Shown: in pieces, positions 27,959-37,179 of the stretch
How positions within the stretch are numbered: position 1 is the stretch's first letter
Layout of the letters: every line of letters starts with the position of its first letter
Source of the DNA: a virus
Taxonomy: Duplodnaviria; Caudoviricetes
Virus record (IMG/VR): IMGVR_UViG_3300014205_002439
Span: 4,587 to 68,586 of that record
Reading direction: 5' to 3' (one strand)
Length of the DNA: 64,000 bases
The notes under the pieces: generated by a model
The model's input: only the letters and a program-made list of their open reading frames with translations
The model's database searches: none
What the model was told of the DNA's origin: nothing
Position numbers and translations under genes: made by a program

Positions 27959-28653
27959 GATACACCTCCTTCTGCATTTTGTCTTGCAGTAACAGCTTCT
28001 TCGTAAGAAAAATACGTGCCCAAATTGTGGTAGACTTTATTCTTAATGATTTCTGCCTTCCACTTATTGATGCTTTTTTGAAAATATACCCCCACACAGC
28101 CGGACTTATTGTTACAACGCCCATTCACCCGAGGGATATCGACATGCTTCCAAGCTTTACCCCTAATGATCAGGCTAATGTTTGTCTGATCTACTCCTGT
28201 CTGTTCACTAATTTGCTTCTGATTCAGTCCTTCACCGAACATGAAAAAAATACGAACCACCATTACTTCATCGATTTTAGAATGAGGGTGTTCGCTACCT
28301 TTAGGGCGGATTACTTTGAATAAGTCTAGAGTCTTTTTTGTGTGCTTCTTCCCCCGCATAGGAGCATAAGGTTCATTAGTCGCATTAAATCCAAAATCTG
28401 GATTCGTCACACTGGTGCAGTGTATCCATTTCTTTTCACTTTCGGCCAATACTTCATCAACACATTCTTCGAGAATCTCAAAATCAAACGATGACTCACC
28501 GTACTTATTGAATGAATACTGAAGATGTTTGTTGTAATGACGATTACGTCTTAAATCACTAAAGTGTTGTATTTTTCTTTTATCGGGTTGCGTTGTACTC
28601 CCGATGTATTGTTTCCCATTCGTTTTATTTCGAATGGAATAGATGTACCCCAT
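27943..28653 (-). mobile_element. Free-standing GIY-YIG homing endonuclease with HTH and AP2-like domains
   Basis: GYIYSIRNKTNGKQYIGST; NNKSGCVGVYFQKSINKWKAEI; AT-rich. Confidence 0.88.
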
Positions 28654-28659
28654 GATCTG

Positions 28660-29262
28660 TTACCTCACAATTAAGCCTAGTTGATACCTTGTCTCATAGA
28701 GTTCAGGGGTACGATTCTTGGTTTGACACCAGTTCACAAATCCCTCTTGATAATCCTTTTCGGCAAGGTGATCTACTACTATTAACGCATCTGGCTTCGA
28801 GTTTGCCCAAATGATTTCCATATGGTCTCGAAAAAACTTACTGTCAATCTTCTGAGAAACGAATACCATATCCCATTGATCAGTCTCGGCGAGTCTCTTA
28901 AATTCATTGATCCCGCCGCCCGCAAGTTTAGTGTACTTTTGGTAATACTCTTGCAATGTTGCTGAACCAAGTCTAAATGAGTAATAGAAATTATCAGTTG
29001 TTCGCTGAAATCCAGCATACTTCTGAACGGTATCGGTGCCTTGACAAAAACATGCCCCGACTAACCCTAATCCAAAACCGTATTCTAAAACATTAACGGC
29101 TTTGGTCTGTTGACCGAGATAGTAGTAGAAAGGCAAATACTTGGGATCACTCATTTCAGAGGTGTCCCATTTCTTCGCATCGCCTAAACGTGCCCTAGCC
29201 AGCAGAACTCTTGGAGCGATATTGGAATTCTTAAGTTTCTGTGTGATATACTCTTGACGCAT
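28660..29262 (-). CDS. Class I SAM methyltransferase-like protein
   Basis: VLEYGFGLGLVG, LIVVDH. Confidence 0.5.
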   Translation of the reverse strand: MRQEYITQKLKNSNIAPRVLLARARLGDAKKWDTSEMSDPKYLPFYYYLGQQTKAVNVLEYGFGLGLVGACFCQGTDTVQKYAGFQRTTDNFYYSFRLGSATLQEYYQKYTKLAGGGINEFKRLAETDQWDMVFVSQKIDSKFFRDHMEIIWANSKPDALIVVDHLAEKDYQEGFVNWCQTKNRTPELYETRYQLGLIVR

Positions 29263-29714
29263 TACGATCCTAACAGTCCACGTTGGGACGCTACCTCCAT
29301 AATAACACGGTAGACAGAGCTATTGGGCGTGTATGGAGGCTTGAACCACTGGAAATCGTCTCCAGTGAAAATCTTTGATAACGCAGCGGCCACAGCAGGC
29401 GAGCGGCACTGTCCAGCGTCACAATGAATGAGTACAACTTTTGTAGAATGTTGTTGGTAAAAATCGAGGATTTGACCAGCCATGTCTCGATTGAAGAGTG
29501 TCCGGCCCGTCAACTTCATGGATTCCTCAAAGATTTCTCTCTTACTTTCAGGGAAGTCTTGGTCTGCAAAGGCAAGCCGAAGTACGTCCTGCATGTTTTG
29601 AGGGAACATGAATTCGACTGGTTCAGTCGATTTTGTGGAGATTGAGATGCAAACCCAAGGTTCGTCTATATGGAACCGAGTTGCCAAACCACGATTGAGC
29701 ACTTGAATGTTCAT
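29262..29714 (-). CDS. Cys-based protein/tyrosine phosphatase-like protein
   Basis: LIHCDAGQCRSPAVA (Cx5R), LAFAD, PNSSVY. Confidence 0.8.
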   Translation of the reverse strand: MNIQVLNRGLATRFHIDEPWVCISISTKSTEPVEFMFPQNMQDVLRLAFADQDFPESKREIFEESMKLTGRTLFNRDMAGQILDFYQQHSTKVVLIHCDAGQCRSPAVAAALSKIFTGDDFQWFKPPYTPNSSVYRVIMEVASQRGLLGS

Positions 29715-29739
29715 GATGAATCCTTTCATCGGAGTATAC

Positions 29740-29774
29740 AAAAAAGGGGAATCAAATCAAAGACTTGATTCCCC
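29740..29774 (-). terminator. Intrinsic terminator
   Basis: GGGGAATCAA / TTGATTCCCC plus T-run on the minus strand. Confidence 0.75.
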
Positions 29775-29775
29775 C

Positions 29776-29865
29776 GTCGTTTCACGACTGTCGTTCGGGA
29801 TTTGTACGCCTCATCACTCACGAAGAATGATCTGAGACTTGCACTAACCAAATTCCCTCGCTGTT
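29776..29865 (-). ncRNA. Candidate small structured RNA
   Basis: Intergenic rod GGGAAUUUG..GUGC..GUCUC..AUCAUUC-loop-GAGUGAU-GAGGC-GUAC-AAAUCCC, then a GUCG-UGAAA-CGAC hairpin and a terminator. Confidence 0.4.
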
Positions 29866-29922
29866 CATGATACAACATCCGTGCAAACAGTTGTAACAAT
29901 CTGCTCAGCGGCTTGAAGACGG

Positions 29923-30321
29923 CTAATTTATGTAGTCGCTATGAACGGTTTTGGTATACGGAGAAGTTAAAGAAATCAGCATCAAACCTTGTGAAGAAAT
30001 GACTTCCGTATAGCTCAAATCAATCAAGGCCCACATCTCACGGAGCACACCTCGCTTCGAGACCTTAATTTCCATGTCATGATTTCGCACAGAATAACCC
30101 ATTGAAGCGGCAAGGTTGGGTGTAGCAACTAAATTGTTGATAACGTTAAAATACGATGGATTGTATTGCGTCTGAATAACAAATCCATCGTGATTGTCGT
30201 TGTACCGAATGCTGTGGGCTGCTACCTCATCCAAAATGATCTTAGTTGAAGACTGGTCTCGACGTACCACCTTGATTGTGAAAGCGAGCGTTTGCTTTCT
30301 CATTTTAAGCCAATAATTCAT
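29923..30321 (-). CDS. Hypothetical protein
   Basis: ORF track. Confidence 0.55.
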   Translation of the reverse strand: MNYWLKMRKQTLAFTIKVVRRDQSSTKIILDEVAAHSIRYNDNHDGFVIQTQYNPSYFNVINNLVATPNLAASMGYSVRNHDMEIKVSKRGVLREMWALIDLSYTEVISSQGLMLISLTSPYTKTVHSDYIN

Positions 30322-30368
30322 GATGCCTCACTGTAAAAGCTATTACTATTTAGAGAGGCATTCACAAA

Positions 30369-30596
30369 TCAGAAACCTTCCTTCACCCAATTCGCTTGAT
30401 TTGTTGGTTCAAACTTGTCTTTTCGGGAGTCAAACACCCCAACATGACCAGTTTCTTGGTATTCACCAATGCAAAACTCTTCACAGAGACCGTAGACCCG
30501 CAACGACAGTGCGTAATTGTAAGCTGCTTCAAGGCTAGGGAACGAAGTTCCAAGGCAACTGAGGGGTTCGAGTCCGGTCAATGTGAAATGAGCCAT
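30369..30596 (-). CDS. Hypothetical protein ending NWVKEGF
   Basis: TAATG coupling to the upstream gene. Confidence 0.6.
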   Translation of the reverse strand: MAHFTLTGLEPLSCLGTSFPSLEAAYNYALSLRVYGLCEEFCIGEYQETGHVGVFDSRKDKFEPTNQANWVKEGF

Positions 30597-31168
30597 TATT
30601 GCACGTAACCTGCGTATTTGTTCCAGACCACAAGATCGAAATGAGCCGGATGATAGTCCCGCTCCTTACAGTATTCCAGATACAGAGCTTCTAATCGCAG
30701 ATAGTGCTTCTTGGAAGGTGTCTGCTTTGGAACGTCCGGAAACTCGGCATCACGCATAAACTTCAGAATGTGTGTATCAAGACACGCCACATGAGAGTTC
30801 TCACGAGTATGCATGACAAAGAATCGAGAAGTCTTCATGCCAATACCGGGACACTTCTCCAGATCCCCAACAGTACAAGTTTTGAGATTCAAGCCAGAAT
30901 TCGCAATCCACCAGAACCCTCTAGCCTTGAGATTGAAGCAACCGAATCCGATCTTCTTCATCGCTTCTCGAAGTTTCTCTTCCGAGCCAAAGAACTTGAT
31001 CTTATCGAATGGCGATCCCGGAAGGCCGGGGACACTTTGCAGAAGCTTCTCAAGCAATGCCGCCGAACGCACAGCCTGTTTGCCAGCCACAGCGATACAA
31101 AACAGGATGTATTCTTCAAGACGCTTTGAAGAGAGGTTAAAATTGGTAAATTTCGTTGGATCAACCAT
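30596..31168 (-). CDS. HhH-GPD DNA glycosylase-like protein
   Basis: LEKCPGIGMKTSRFF, ACLDTHI, FDLVVW. Confidence 0.8.
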   Translation of the reverse strand: MVDPTKFTNFNLSSKRLEEYILFCIAVAGKQAVRSAALLEKLLQSVPGLPGSPFDKIKFFGSEEKLREAMKKIGFGCFNLKARGFWWIANSGLNLKTCTVGDLEKCPGIGMKTSRFFVMHTRENSHVACLDTHILKFMRDAEFPDVPKQTPSKKHYLRLEALYLEYCKERDYHPAHFDLVVWNKYAGYVQ

Positions 31169-31902
31169 TAGTTCCCCTCCTCTACAAAATCACAATACAT
31201 AAGTTCCCAAGCGATAGTGTATCCAACAGCGTCACTTACTCCAGTAATGTCATAAGATGGTTTACGGCTCATTTTACAACCAAATAAGACAGTTTTTTTG
31301 GTTGTATAAGTGCCATAACGAGAGTCGTAAGGAACTTGCTGAATAAGTACGACCTTCGTCGTCTTTTCAACCACATCTCGATCATACGCTCCGGTGGTAT
31401 AGACGATCAGATTTGGGAATCCTTCTTTCCATTTCTTAGACAATTCACCAACGATTTCTACTCGCTGAGTCAGAAGAGTTGGATAACTACCTCCATTCCC
31501 TGTGCCATATCCAGTAAGGAAATTTTTGGTGTGCAACTTGTACATACCGGGATCGCAATCAACTGGTTCATCAATCTTGATGATTGGCGGGATACAACCC
31601 GGATGATCATTAAACAAATGCGGCAAATCTTGTCTGATCTCTTCCTCAAGAGTCTTCACTTGTGTTTTATCGAAATACTCTTTACCGAAGGTCTGTTGCC
31701 AGAATTTCTTACACACAGCGGCGATCTGTACAAGTTCCGTCCGCATGTTATCGATGTCCGCAGTTTGTGCGAACACTTCGGCTTTGAGTTCTTCAAACTC
31801 TTCCCAAAGGACAGCAAGTCCTTCATGATAGGAATTGAGGTGACCGTGTTTTTTGATTCCACGGTCACATTCAGCATCTACAAGTTTTGAAAAGTCTTCC
31901 AT
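31168..31902 (-). CDS. Hypothetical protein with MazG-like helical N-terminus
   Basis: KKHGHLNSYHEGLAVLWEEFEELKAEV...ELVQIAAV. Confidence 0.5.
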   Translation of the reverse strand: MEDFSKLVDAECDRGIKKHGHLNSYHEGLAVLWEEFEELKAEVFAQTADIDNMRTELVQIAAVCKKFWQQTFGKEYFDKTQVKTLEEEIRQDLPHLFNDHPGCIPPIIKIDEPVDCDPGMYKLHTKNFLTGYGTGNGGSYPTLLTQRVEIVGELSKKWKEGFPNLIVYTTGAYDRDVVEKTTKVVLIQQVPYDSRYGTYTTKKTVLFGCKMSRKPSYDITGVSDAVGYTIAWELMYCDFVEEGN

Positions 31903-31921
31903 GACTTCAATCCTTCAGAGG

Positions 31922-32467
31922 TTACATTTCAGTAGTAAGGCTTTCGACATCATCGATAGCCTTTACGATATTATCCACTTCATCATAACGGGAGGAGTAA
32001 TCATCCGAGGAATGATTACCATAATTCCCATGAAGACCAGTACGGATATCAGAATTAAGCTTGTCCATTTCCTTACGGAGCATGTGTCCAAGAGACTGAG
32101 CATTGTCATGATTCTTGTCCCAAGCTTTGAGGTGGTTTTTCAAACGTGCAACAAGATACTTAGCCTCAACGACTTGTCGCTTCTTGTTGGTGTAATCTTC
32201 GTCGGACTTGGCACGTGCTTCAGCTAATTTGTCTGAACCACCTGCATCCTTATTCAAGGCAAAGGTCGAGGCGAAAATTTCTTCCAGTTCCATTTCACGG
32301 CTCTGGAGAATCTTCTCTGCACGAGCGAGATAGGCTCCGTAGTTATCGTAGAACCCACCTTCGGACATGATATACTGATTCAAGGTCGTTTCATTGAATC
32401 TTAGATTTTCTGGATCGATGATGACCTTATCAGATCCAATCTGAAGCTCTTCTTTACGAATGGACAT
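31922..32467 (-). CDS. UvsY-like recombination mediator
   Basis: Helical; ARAKSDEDY...LKAWDKNHDNAQSLG; adjacent to the helicase gene. Confidence 0.6.
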   Translation of the reverse strand: MSIRKEELQIGSDKVIIDPENLRFNETTLNQYIMSEGGFYDNYGAYLARAEKILQSREMELEEIFASTFALNKDAGGSDKLAEARAKSDEDYTNKKRQVVEAKYLVARLKNHLKAWDKNHDNAQSLGHMLRKEMDKLNSDIRTGLHGNYGNHSSDDYSSRYDEVDNIVKAIDDVESLTTEM

Positions 32468-32471
32468 TTCT

Positions 32472-34076
32472 TTACTCCTTAGTTTCTGTCATTATAGTAT
32501 CGGTGACTTCATCTGACAACTTAGCTTTTTTTGCCAATTCAAGAACTTTCGAGACATCTGGCTTGAGTTTTTTCCCAGCTTCCAGATCATTTAATTTACT
32601 CGTCACGTCGTCCAAATCGACCGGCTTACAGATAGAGGCCGCCAAATCGTGTTCAACGCTTTCGCTAACATCTGACTTCTTGCGAGACATCAGATCCTTA
32701 TATGTGTCATGCTGAATTTGATAGATTCGAAGAGTTGTTGGTTCAAACTTAAGGTAGATTGCGTAACGTTTGCGTCCGAAACGTTGTTTAATGACCCACA
32801 TTCGGCCAACCTTAACTGCATCCTCTCCTTTATTCTGGTTCAAGCTGAAACAGGCATCCAGAGGGCGAATTTGACCGAATGAATCAGCCAAATGCTCTTC
32901 TTCAATCATCCCTGTTTCTTGAGCTTCTTTTGAGCCACGGTTGGGTTGCATAGCAGTTACAAGGAACATTTGTTCCTCGCCCGCCATACCACGCAGTTCC
33001 TTCACAACCAACTCACGGCTTTCATGGGTTGGCATGCCGGAATGAGCTTTCATTTCACCAACATAGTCAACAACAATCATATCAGGGTGAAAACCATAGA
33101 ATTTAGCCTGATACAGATAGGCTCGAATTGTATTAATGTCGGCAGAGTTCGATGGGAACCATTTTACAACAAGTAAGTTCTTGTCGTCACGACTCTGGAC
33201 GACTTCTTCGATCTTATCGAAGATTTGATCTTTCACATCGTACAAACATTGTACTGGAAGTCCGGAGAAGACGGCGTCGAAACGTTCAGCAACACGGTCG
33301 CAATTGGCGTCACCACAAGCAATGTAAAGACACTTCTTGCCTCGAATGACGTTGGCGGCTGTAACGTTTGTCATCCACACAGACTTACCGATACCAGAAC
33401 CGGCGAGCACAGCGATCATTTCGCCACGCTTATACCCACCGCCCTTGATCTCGCAGTCAATGCCCTCGTATCCGGTAACGAAGTATTCGACATTCTCATC
33501 GTCTTCATTCATCCGATCATATCGCTCCTTCATGGACTTGAAATATTCAAGACCCACTTCGAAGTTCTTGTCGGTATTCATCGCCTGACGGAGCATGTCA
33601 TAGATTTTGCTCCACGTCTCTTCCTTCTCCGGGTCTTTTCCGAGAAGCGTAAGGCTCTTATTGAAAGCCATACGAAGAGCTTGCATCTTGGCGAAGTAGG
33701 CGATCTTATCGGAGAAATACTCTCGGGACTCAAGGTTCGGTTCAAAATAGTCAAATAGGCCGTTGACTTCGCCGAGGTAATAGAGTTGAGACTTGTCTTC
33801 TTTGGTCTCGTTCTTGAGTTCTTGAATAAGAACGGTACGGTCAGGCGTTGTACGATATTTTTTGAAGAACTCGTAAACGATACTGCACGCTTTTTGGTGT
33901 GCTTTATTGGTGAAATACGTTGGCTTCACCAAATCCATTGACTGCAAGAGAAATGTGCGGTCTGTAATTAAGAGAGCAATGATGGTACGTTGGAATTCCT
34001 CATCCCAACTAAACTGAGCGTCATCACCGCCTGCGTCTGGATCTTGCAATTCTGGATCTTCGAAATATTCGGACAT
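32472..34076 (-). CDS. Replicative DnaB/gp41-like helicase
   Basis: VLAGSGIGKS, IVVDYVGEM, TAMQPNR, LADSFGQIRPLD, KQRFG. Confidence 0.9.
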   Translation of the reverse strand: MSEYFEDPELQDPDAGGDDAQFSWDEEFQRTIIALLITDRTFLLQSMDLVKPTYFTNKAHQKACSIVYEFFKKYRTTPDRTVLIQELKNETKEDKSQLYYLGEVNGLFDYFEPNLESREYFSDKIAYFAKMQALRMAFNKSLTLLGKDPEKEETWSKIYDMLRQAMNTDKNFEVGLEYFKSMKERYDRMNEDDENVEYFVTGYEGIDCEIKGGGYKRGEMIAVLAGSGIGKSVWMTNVTAANVIRGKKCLYIACGDANCDRVAERFDAVFSGLPVQCLYDVKDQIFDKIEEVVQSRDDKNLLVVKWFPSNSADINTIRAYLYQAKFYGFHPDMIVVDYVGEMKAHSGMPTHESRELVVKELRGMAGEEQMFLVTAMQPNRGSKEAQETGMIEEEHLADSFGQIRPLDACFSLNQNKGEDAVKVGRMWVIKQRFGRKRYAIYLKFEPTTLRIYQIQHDTYKDLMSRKKSDVSESVEHDLAASICKPVDLDDVTSKLNDLEAGKKLKPDVSKVLELAKKAKLSDEVTDTIMTETKE

Positions 34077-34301
34077 TCATACCCCTTGCGTTCACATGTA
34101 TCTATCACTTATGAAATCTCTGGAAACTCTCGCAGAGACCGTAATAACGTGATTTTGCATGCTCTGACGGGGTCATTATAGCTACAGAATTAAACTCACA
34201 TCCACCTCAGTCTTAAAGAATTCTGTCTGCATCTTTGGGACCAAAAGATAATAGCCCGGTAGTTAGCCGGGCCATTAAACAATTCAGATTGTCTTATAGA
34301 A

Positions 34302-34868
34302 TTATGCACAACACATATAATCGTACTCGGAAACAGAGACCATTCCGGTACGCCAGAACTTCTCTTTAGTAATCCGCTTGCCCTTGAGTTTAACTTCGTT
34401 CCAAGTGATACTCTTACAGTAACCCTTGAACTCGGCGTCGATCTCCAGAGGCTTCAAACGATTCGGGCGATCCTTCTTAGGGATATACTTCCGTACCAGT
34501 TTCTCTAAGACCTGTTCCTGATATTCGCCGAACTTTTGTCGGTTGGCACCATGACGCTTACGGTTCTCCCATAGAAATTCCAGTTCGTTAAGGACTTGGT
34601 AATTCATAGGATCATCGATGTAATCATGGAGAGCTTCCATGCAACTTTCGATGTAGGTCTGTCTCTTAAAGTAAGAGGCCGCTTTGATCATTGCGATACG
34701 AAGGTCTTGAACAATGTCCTCCTGATCGTCGGAACAGTTGTTCTTGAGATTCATCTTCAAAAGTTGCCAAGCTTGATAGTGGCAAAGTTCTCCGAATTTC
34801 GCATCAAGCAAACCGTACTCTTCTTCGGTGACAGGAAAGCTATTGATGACATTTTGTAGGCTTTGCAT
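34302..34868 (-). CDS. Hypothetical protein (possibly sigma-factor-like)
   Basis: EDIVQDLRIAMIKAA weakly resembles sigma region 2. Confidence 0.45.
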   Translation of the reverse strand: MQSLQNVINSFPVTEEEYGLLDAKFGELCHYQAWQLLKMNLKNNCSDDQEDIVQDLRIAMIKAASYFKRQTYIESCMEALHDYIDDPMNYQVLNELEFLWENRKRHGANRQKFGEYQEQVLEKLVRKYIPKKDRPNRLKPLEIDAEFKGYCKSITWNEVKLKGKRITKEKFWRTGMVSVSEYDYMCCA

Positions 34869-34901
34869 AACGCTCCTTCATCCCACTTTGGTGAGATACT
34901 T

Positions 34902-36212
34902 CTATTTCCAAAAAGTTTTCAAACTACTTAGCTTACGGCCAAATTGAGCATGCATAGCCAACTTAAGACCCGGACAAAGAGCCGAATCTTGATGCACGAT
35001 AGACTTGACCGCATCAAAAGTCGCCTTAGCGACTGTCGGTTCAACAATGATACCATAACCGTCGTGAACCGTGAATCCAACACGAGCACCGAACTCCTTG
35101 ACCCCTCTGGAGATCAAGACAAGTTTCTCTAAACAGACTGTTGCTGCCGGTGCCTGCACCACAAAGTTTCTGACTTTGTATGGTGCATCGAAGGCATTTC
35201 GAGGACGACCATGATAATCCTCGACGATGCCGTTTGTTTCATATTCTCTTTGTTTGTTCATAACCCACTCGATTGACGTGGGGAATTGAACATGGATACG
35301 CTTGATCAATTCTCGTCCCGTTTGTTCGGGGACTTTCAAATTCTCGCTTAGGCCCCTTGCTCCACAGCCATAAATGACTGGAAGGAACATAAGCTTGCAC
35401 ATTGTTCGTTTGTTGTCTGTATCACAATCATCGCCTGTAATGGCCTTATAGATGCCAGAGTAAACTTCTCCGGAGTTGATGATATCCAGCAGGGCGGTAT
35501 CCCCGGTCAACCATTGCAGGACCGAGACTTCGCAGTTGTTGATATCGGCGTACATGAAAATGTCTTGCCGACTTCTTGGCTTCAGGGATGCTTTAACCTC
35601 TGAACCCATTGTATGGGGAATATACCCTCTGTGGTACGCCTTATGGCAACGGAGCCTTCCGTTCTTCTGACCCTCTAACTCGTAATAGGAATATACCGCT
35701 GTCTTCTCTATTTCACTCAAAACCGGGGTGGTTTCGATTTCTGGTAGGATTTCTGTGATTAGAGGTAGATGAAGGCTCTTATAGAGCTTCTTCCAACTTT
35801 TGTAACCAGCGATACGCTTAGACCTATTTATGGCCGCTGAGATATTTTCTGGTGCCTTTTCAGAAATCCCAAGGAAAGATTCTATAACCTTCAAATCGAG
35901 TAAATTGTTTGTTGGGTTCGATGGCTTTGGCAGGTAGTGCCGCAGATATGAAAAGAGAGGTTTGATGTCCCAACAAAGCAAAGTTTCGATCACTTCAGGG
36001 CAAAAGACGGAAGCGGTAAGAACGCCTGCGACGGTTCCCACATTCCCTCGATTAACGGGAATTTCGACTTTACCCTTAGCCATATACACAATGAGCCGAA
36101 ACTCCTGATTCGCTGTGAAGTCAGGAGTTTCGGGTTCGCATTTGACGAATGCAACCTTGGAAGCTTTAGAGTATTCCAAAAGTTGGCGACTTGCGTGTTC
36201 GACAAAATTCAT
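34902..36212 (-). CDS. Short family-A DNA polymerase
   Basis: Motif A (YADINNCEV), motif B (RTMCKLMFLPVIYG), RNFVVQAPAA, motif C (TVHDG); only 436 aa. Confidence 0.8.
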   Translation of the reverse strand: MNFVEHASRQLLEYSKASKVAFVKCEPETPDFTANQEFRLIVYMAKGKVEIPVNRGNVGTVAGVLTASVFCPEVIETLLCWDIKPLFSYLRHYLPKPSNPTNNLLDLKVIESFLGISEKAPENISAAINRSKRIAGYKSWKKLYKSLHLPLITEILPEIETTPVLSEIEKTAVYSYYELEGQKNGRLRCHKAYHRGYIPHTMGSEVKASLKPRSRQDIFMYADINNCEVSVLQWLTGDTALLDIINSGEVYSGIYKAITGDDCDTDNKRTMCKLMFLPVIYGCGARGLSENLKVPEQTGRELIKRIHVQFPTSIEWVMNKQREYETNGIVEDYHGRPRNAFDAPYKVRNFVVQAPAATVCLEKLVLISRGVKEFGARVGFTVHDGYGIIVEPTVAKATFDAVKSIVHQDSALCPGLKLAMHAQFGRKLSSLKTFWK

Positions 36213-36598
36213 TCTTCAACTTCAAAATTGATGCCGAGTTCAATGAGGATATCACGAGCTAACATGGTCTCACCATCTCTCACGCCGCCATCGAAGGCAT
36301 CGTCAATATTGCCACCGTAATGAGAATAGTAATCGTAATCTTCGTTGTCCCTATCGCCCCACGCAGACTGTTCGGCCAGCTTGATCAGATGTTTGATCGT
36401 CTTTGCCGACAGAGGCTTAACCGCCAGATCCGGAGGAATCGGAAGCGGAATTGTTGGCATGGGAATGGGCTTGGCATTATTCATCCGTTCAGAGGACCAG
36501 AATTGGGCCACCTCTTCGGGCGACTGGTTGTAGACATGAATGACGAGGCCATCGTCTTCCGGTTGCTCTTTGGTCACAAGACAGTCAAGTTCGCTCAA
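36209..36598 (-). CDS. Hypothetical protein
   Basis: Probable TTG start after an AAGGTG RBS. Confidence 0.5.
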   Translation of the reverse strand: MSELDCLVTKEQPEDDGLVIHVYNQSPEEVAQFWSSERMNNAKPIPMPTIPLPIPPDLAVKPLSAKTIKHLIKLAEQSAWGDRDNEDYDYYSHYGGNIDDAFDGGVRDGETMLARDILIELGINFEVEE

Positions 36599-36727
36599 TG
36601 TGTCACCTTTGCGATTTGAGTTCGAAAGCGGAATATACAAAGTTTGTGTTGAATGTGCAAGAGGGTAGGAGAATGTTGTGTAATCATTTTGATTTGGTTG
36701 GTACACAACGGGGGCCGAAGGTAATGA

Positions 36728-37075
36728 TCGATGTTTGATGTAAGTTACTGATGTATAATCTACTTAAACTTAGTGGCAGGAAACTGCGAAAAAAGAAGTA
36801 GCAACACCAGTAACTTACGACATCGACCACTACCGTGATACGAGGTAGTCTGAGACCGCCTAACCGCTCCCCTTAGTCTGTCGCCGCTCGCTGGGCATTA
36901 GGACAGACACTTTGTCTTCGGCATAATGCGAGCTTAGAGAATTGGCTTACCTTGGTCCTTGGAGATCAACATTAGCTTTCCGTTAAAAGCTGTTGAGGCA
37001 TGGTGAGATCAACCCACTCCCCTAGGTTTTTGAAGCACTCCTTGACTCAACTACCGCAGTTTGAGTGCTCCGGAT
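36728..37075. other. Structured intergenic region (ncRNA or origin candidate)
   Basis: Nested inverted repeats; see findings. Confidence 0.4.
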
Positions 37076-37179
37076 GAAACGATTGCTCGTTCCACATCCA
37101 GTGAATCTTAATGAAAGATCAGATTTGTTGCAATACCTATGGAGAGGATTTTCAATTCGAAAGTTAAGATTGATGTGAC

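Noticed and set aside
27958-28653. Possible self-splicing intron restoring the ATG of the downstream gene
   Set aside because: No room for group I/II core structure outside the endonuclease ORF, and no U/G splice junction that recreates ATG GGA TAC.
29780-29830. Hammerhead-like UGAUGA...GAAA on the minus strand
   Set aside because: The core reads GUGAUGA rather than CUGAUGA, and the stems do not form the three-way junction.
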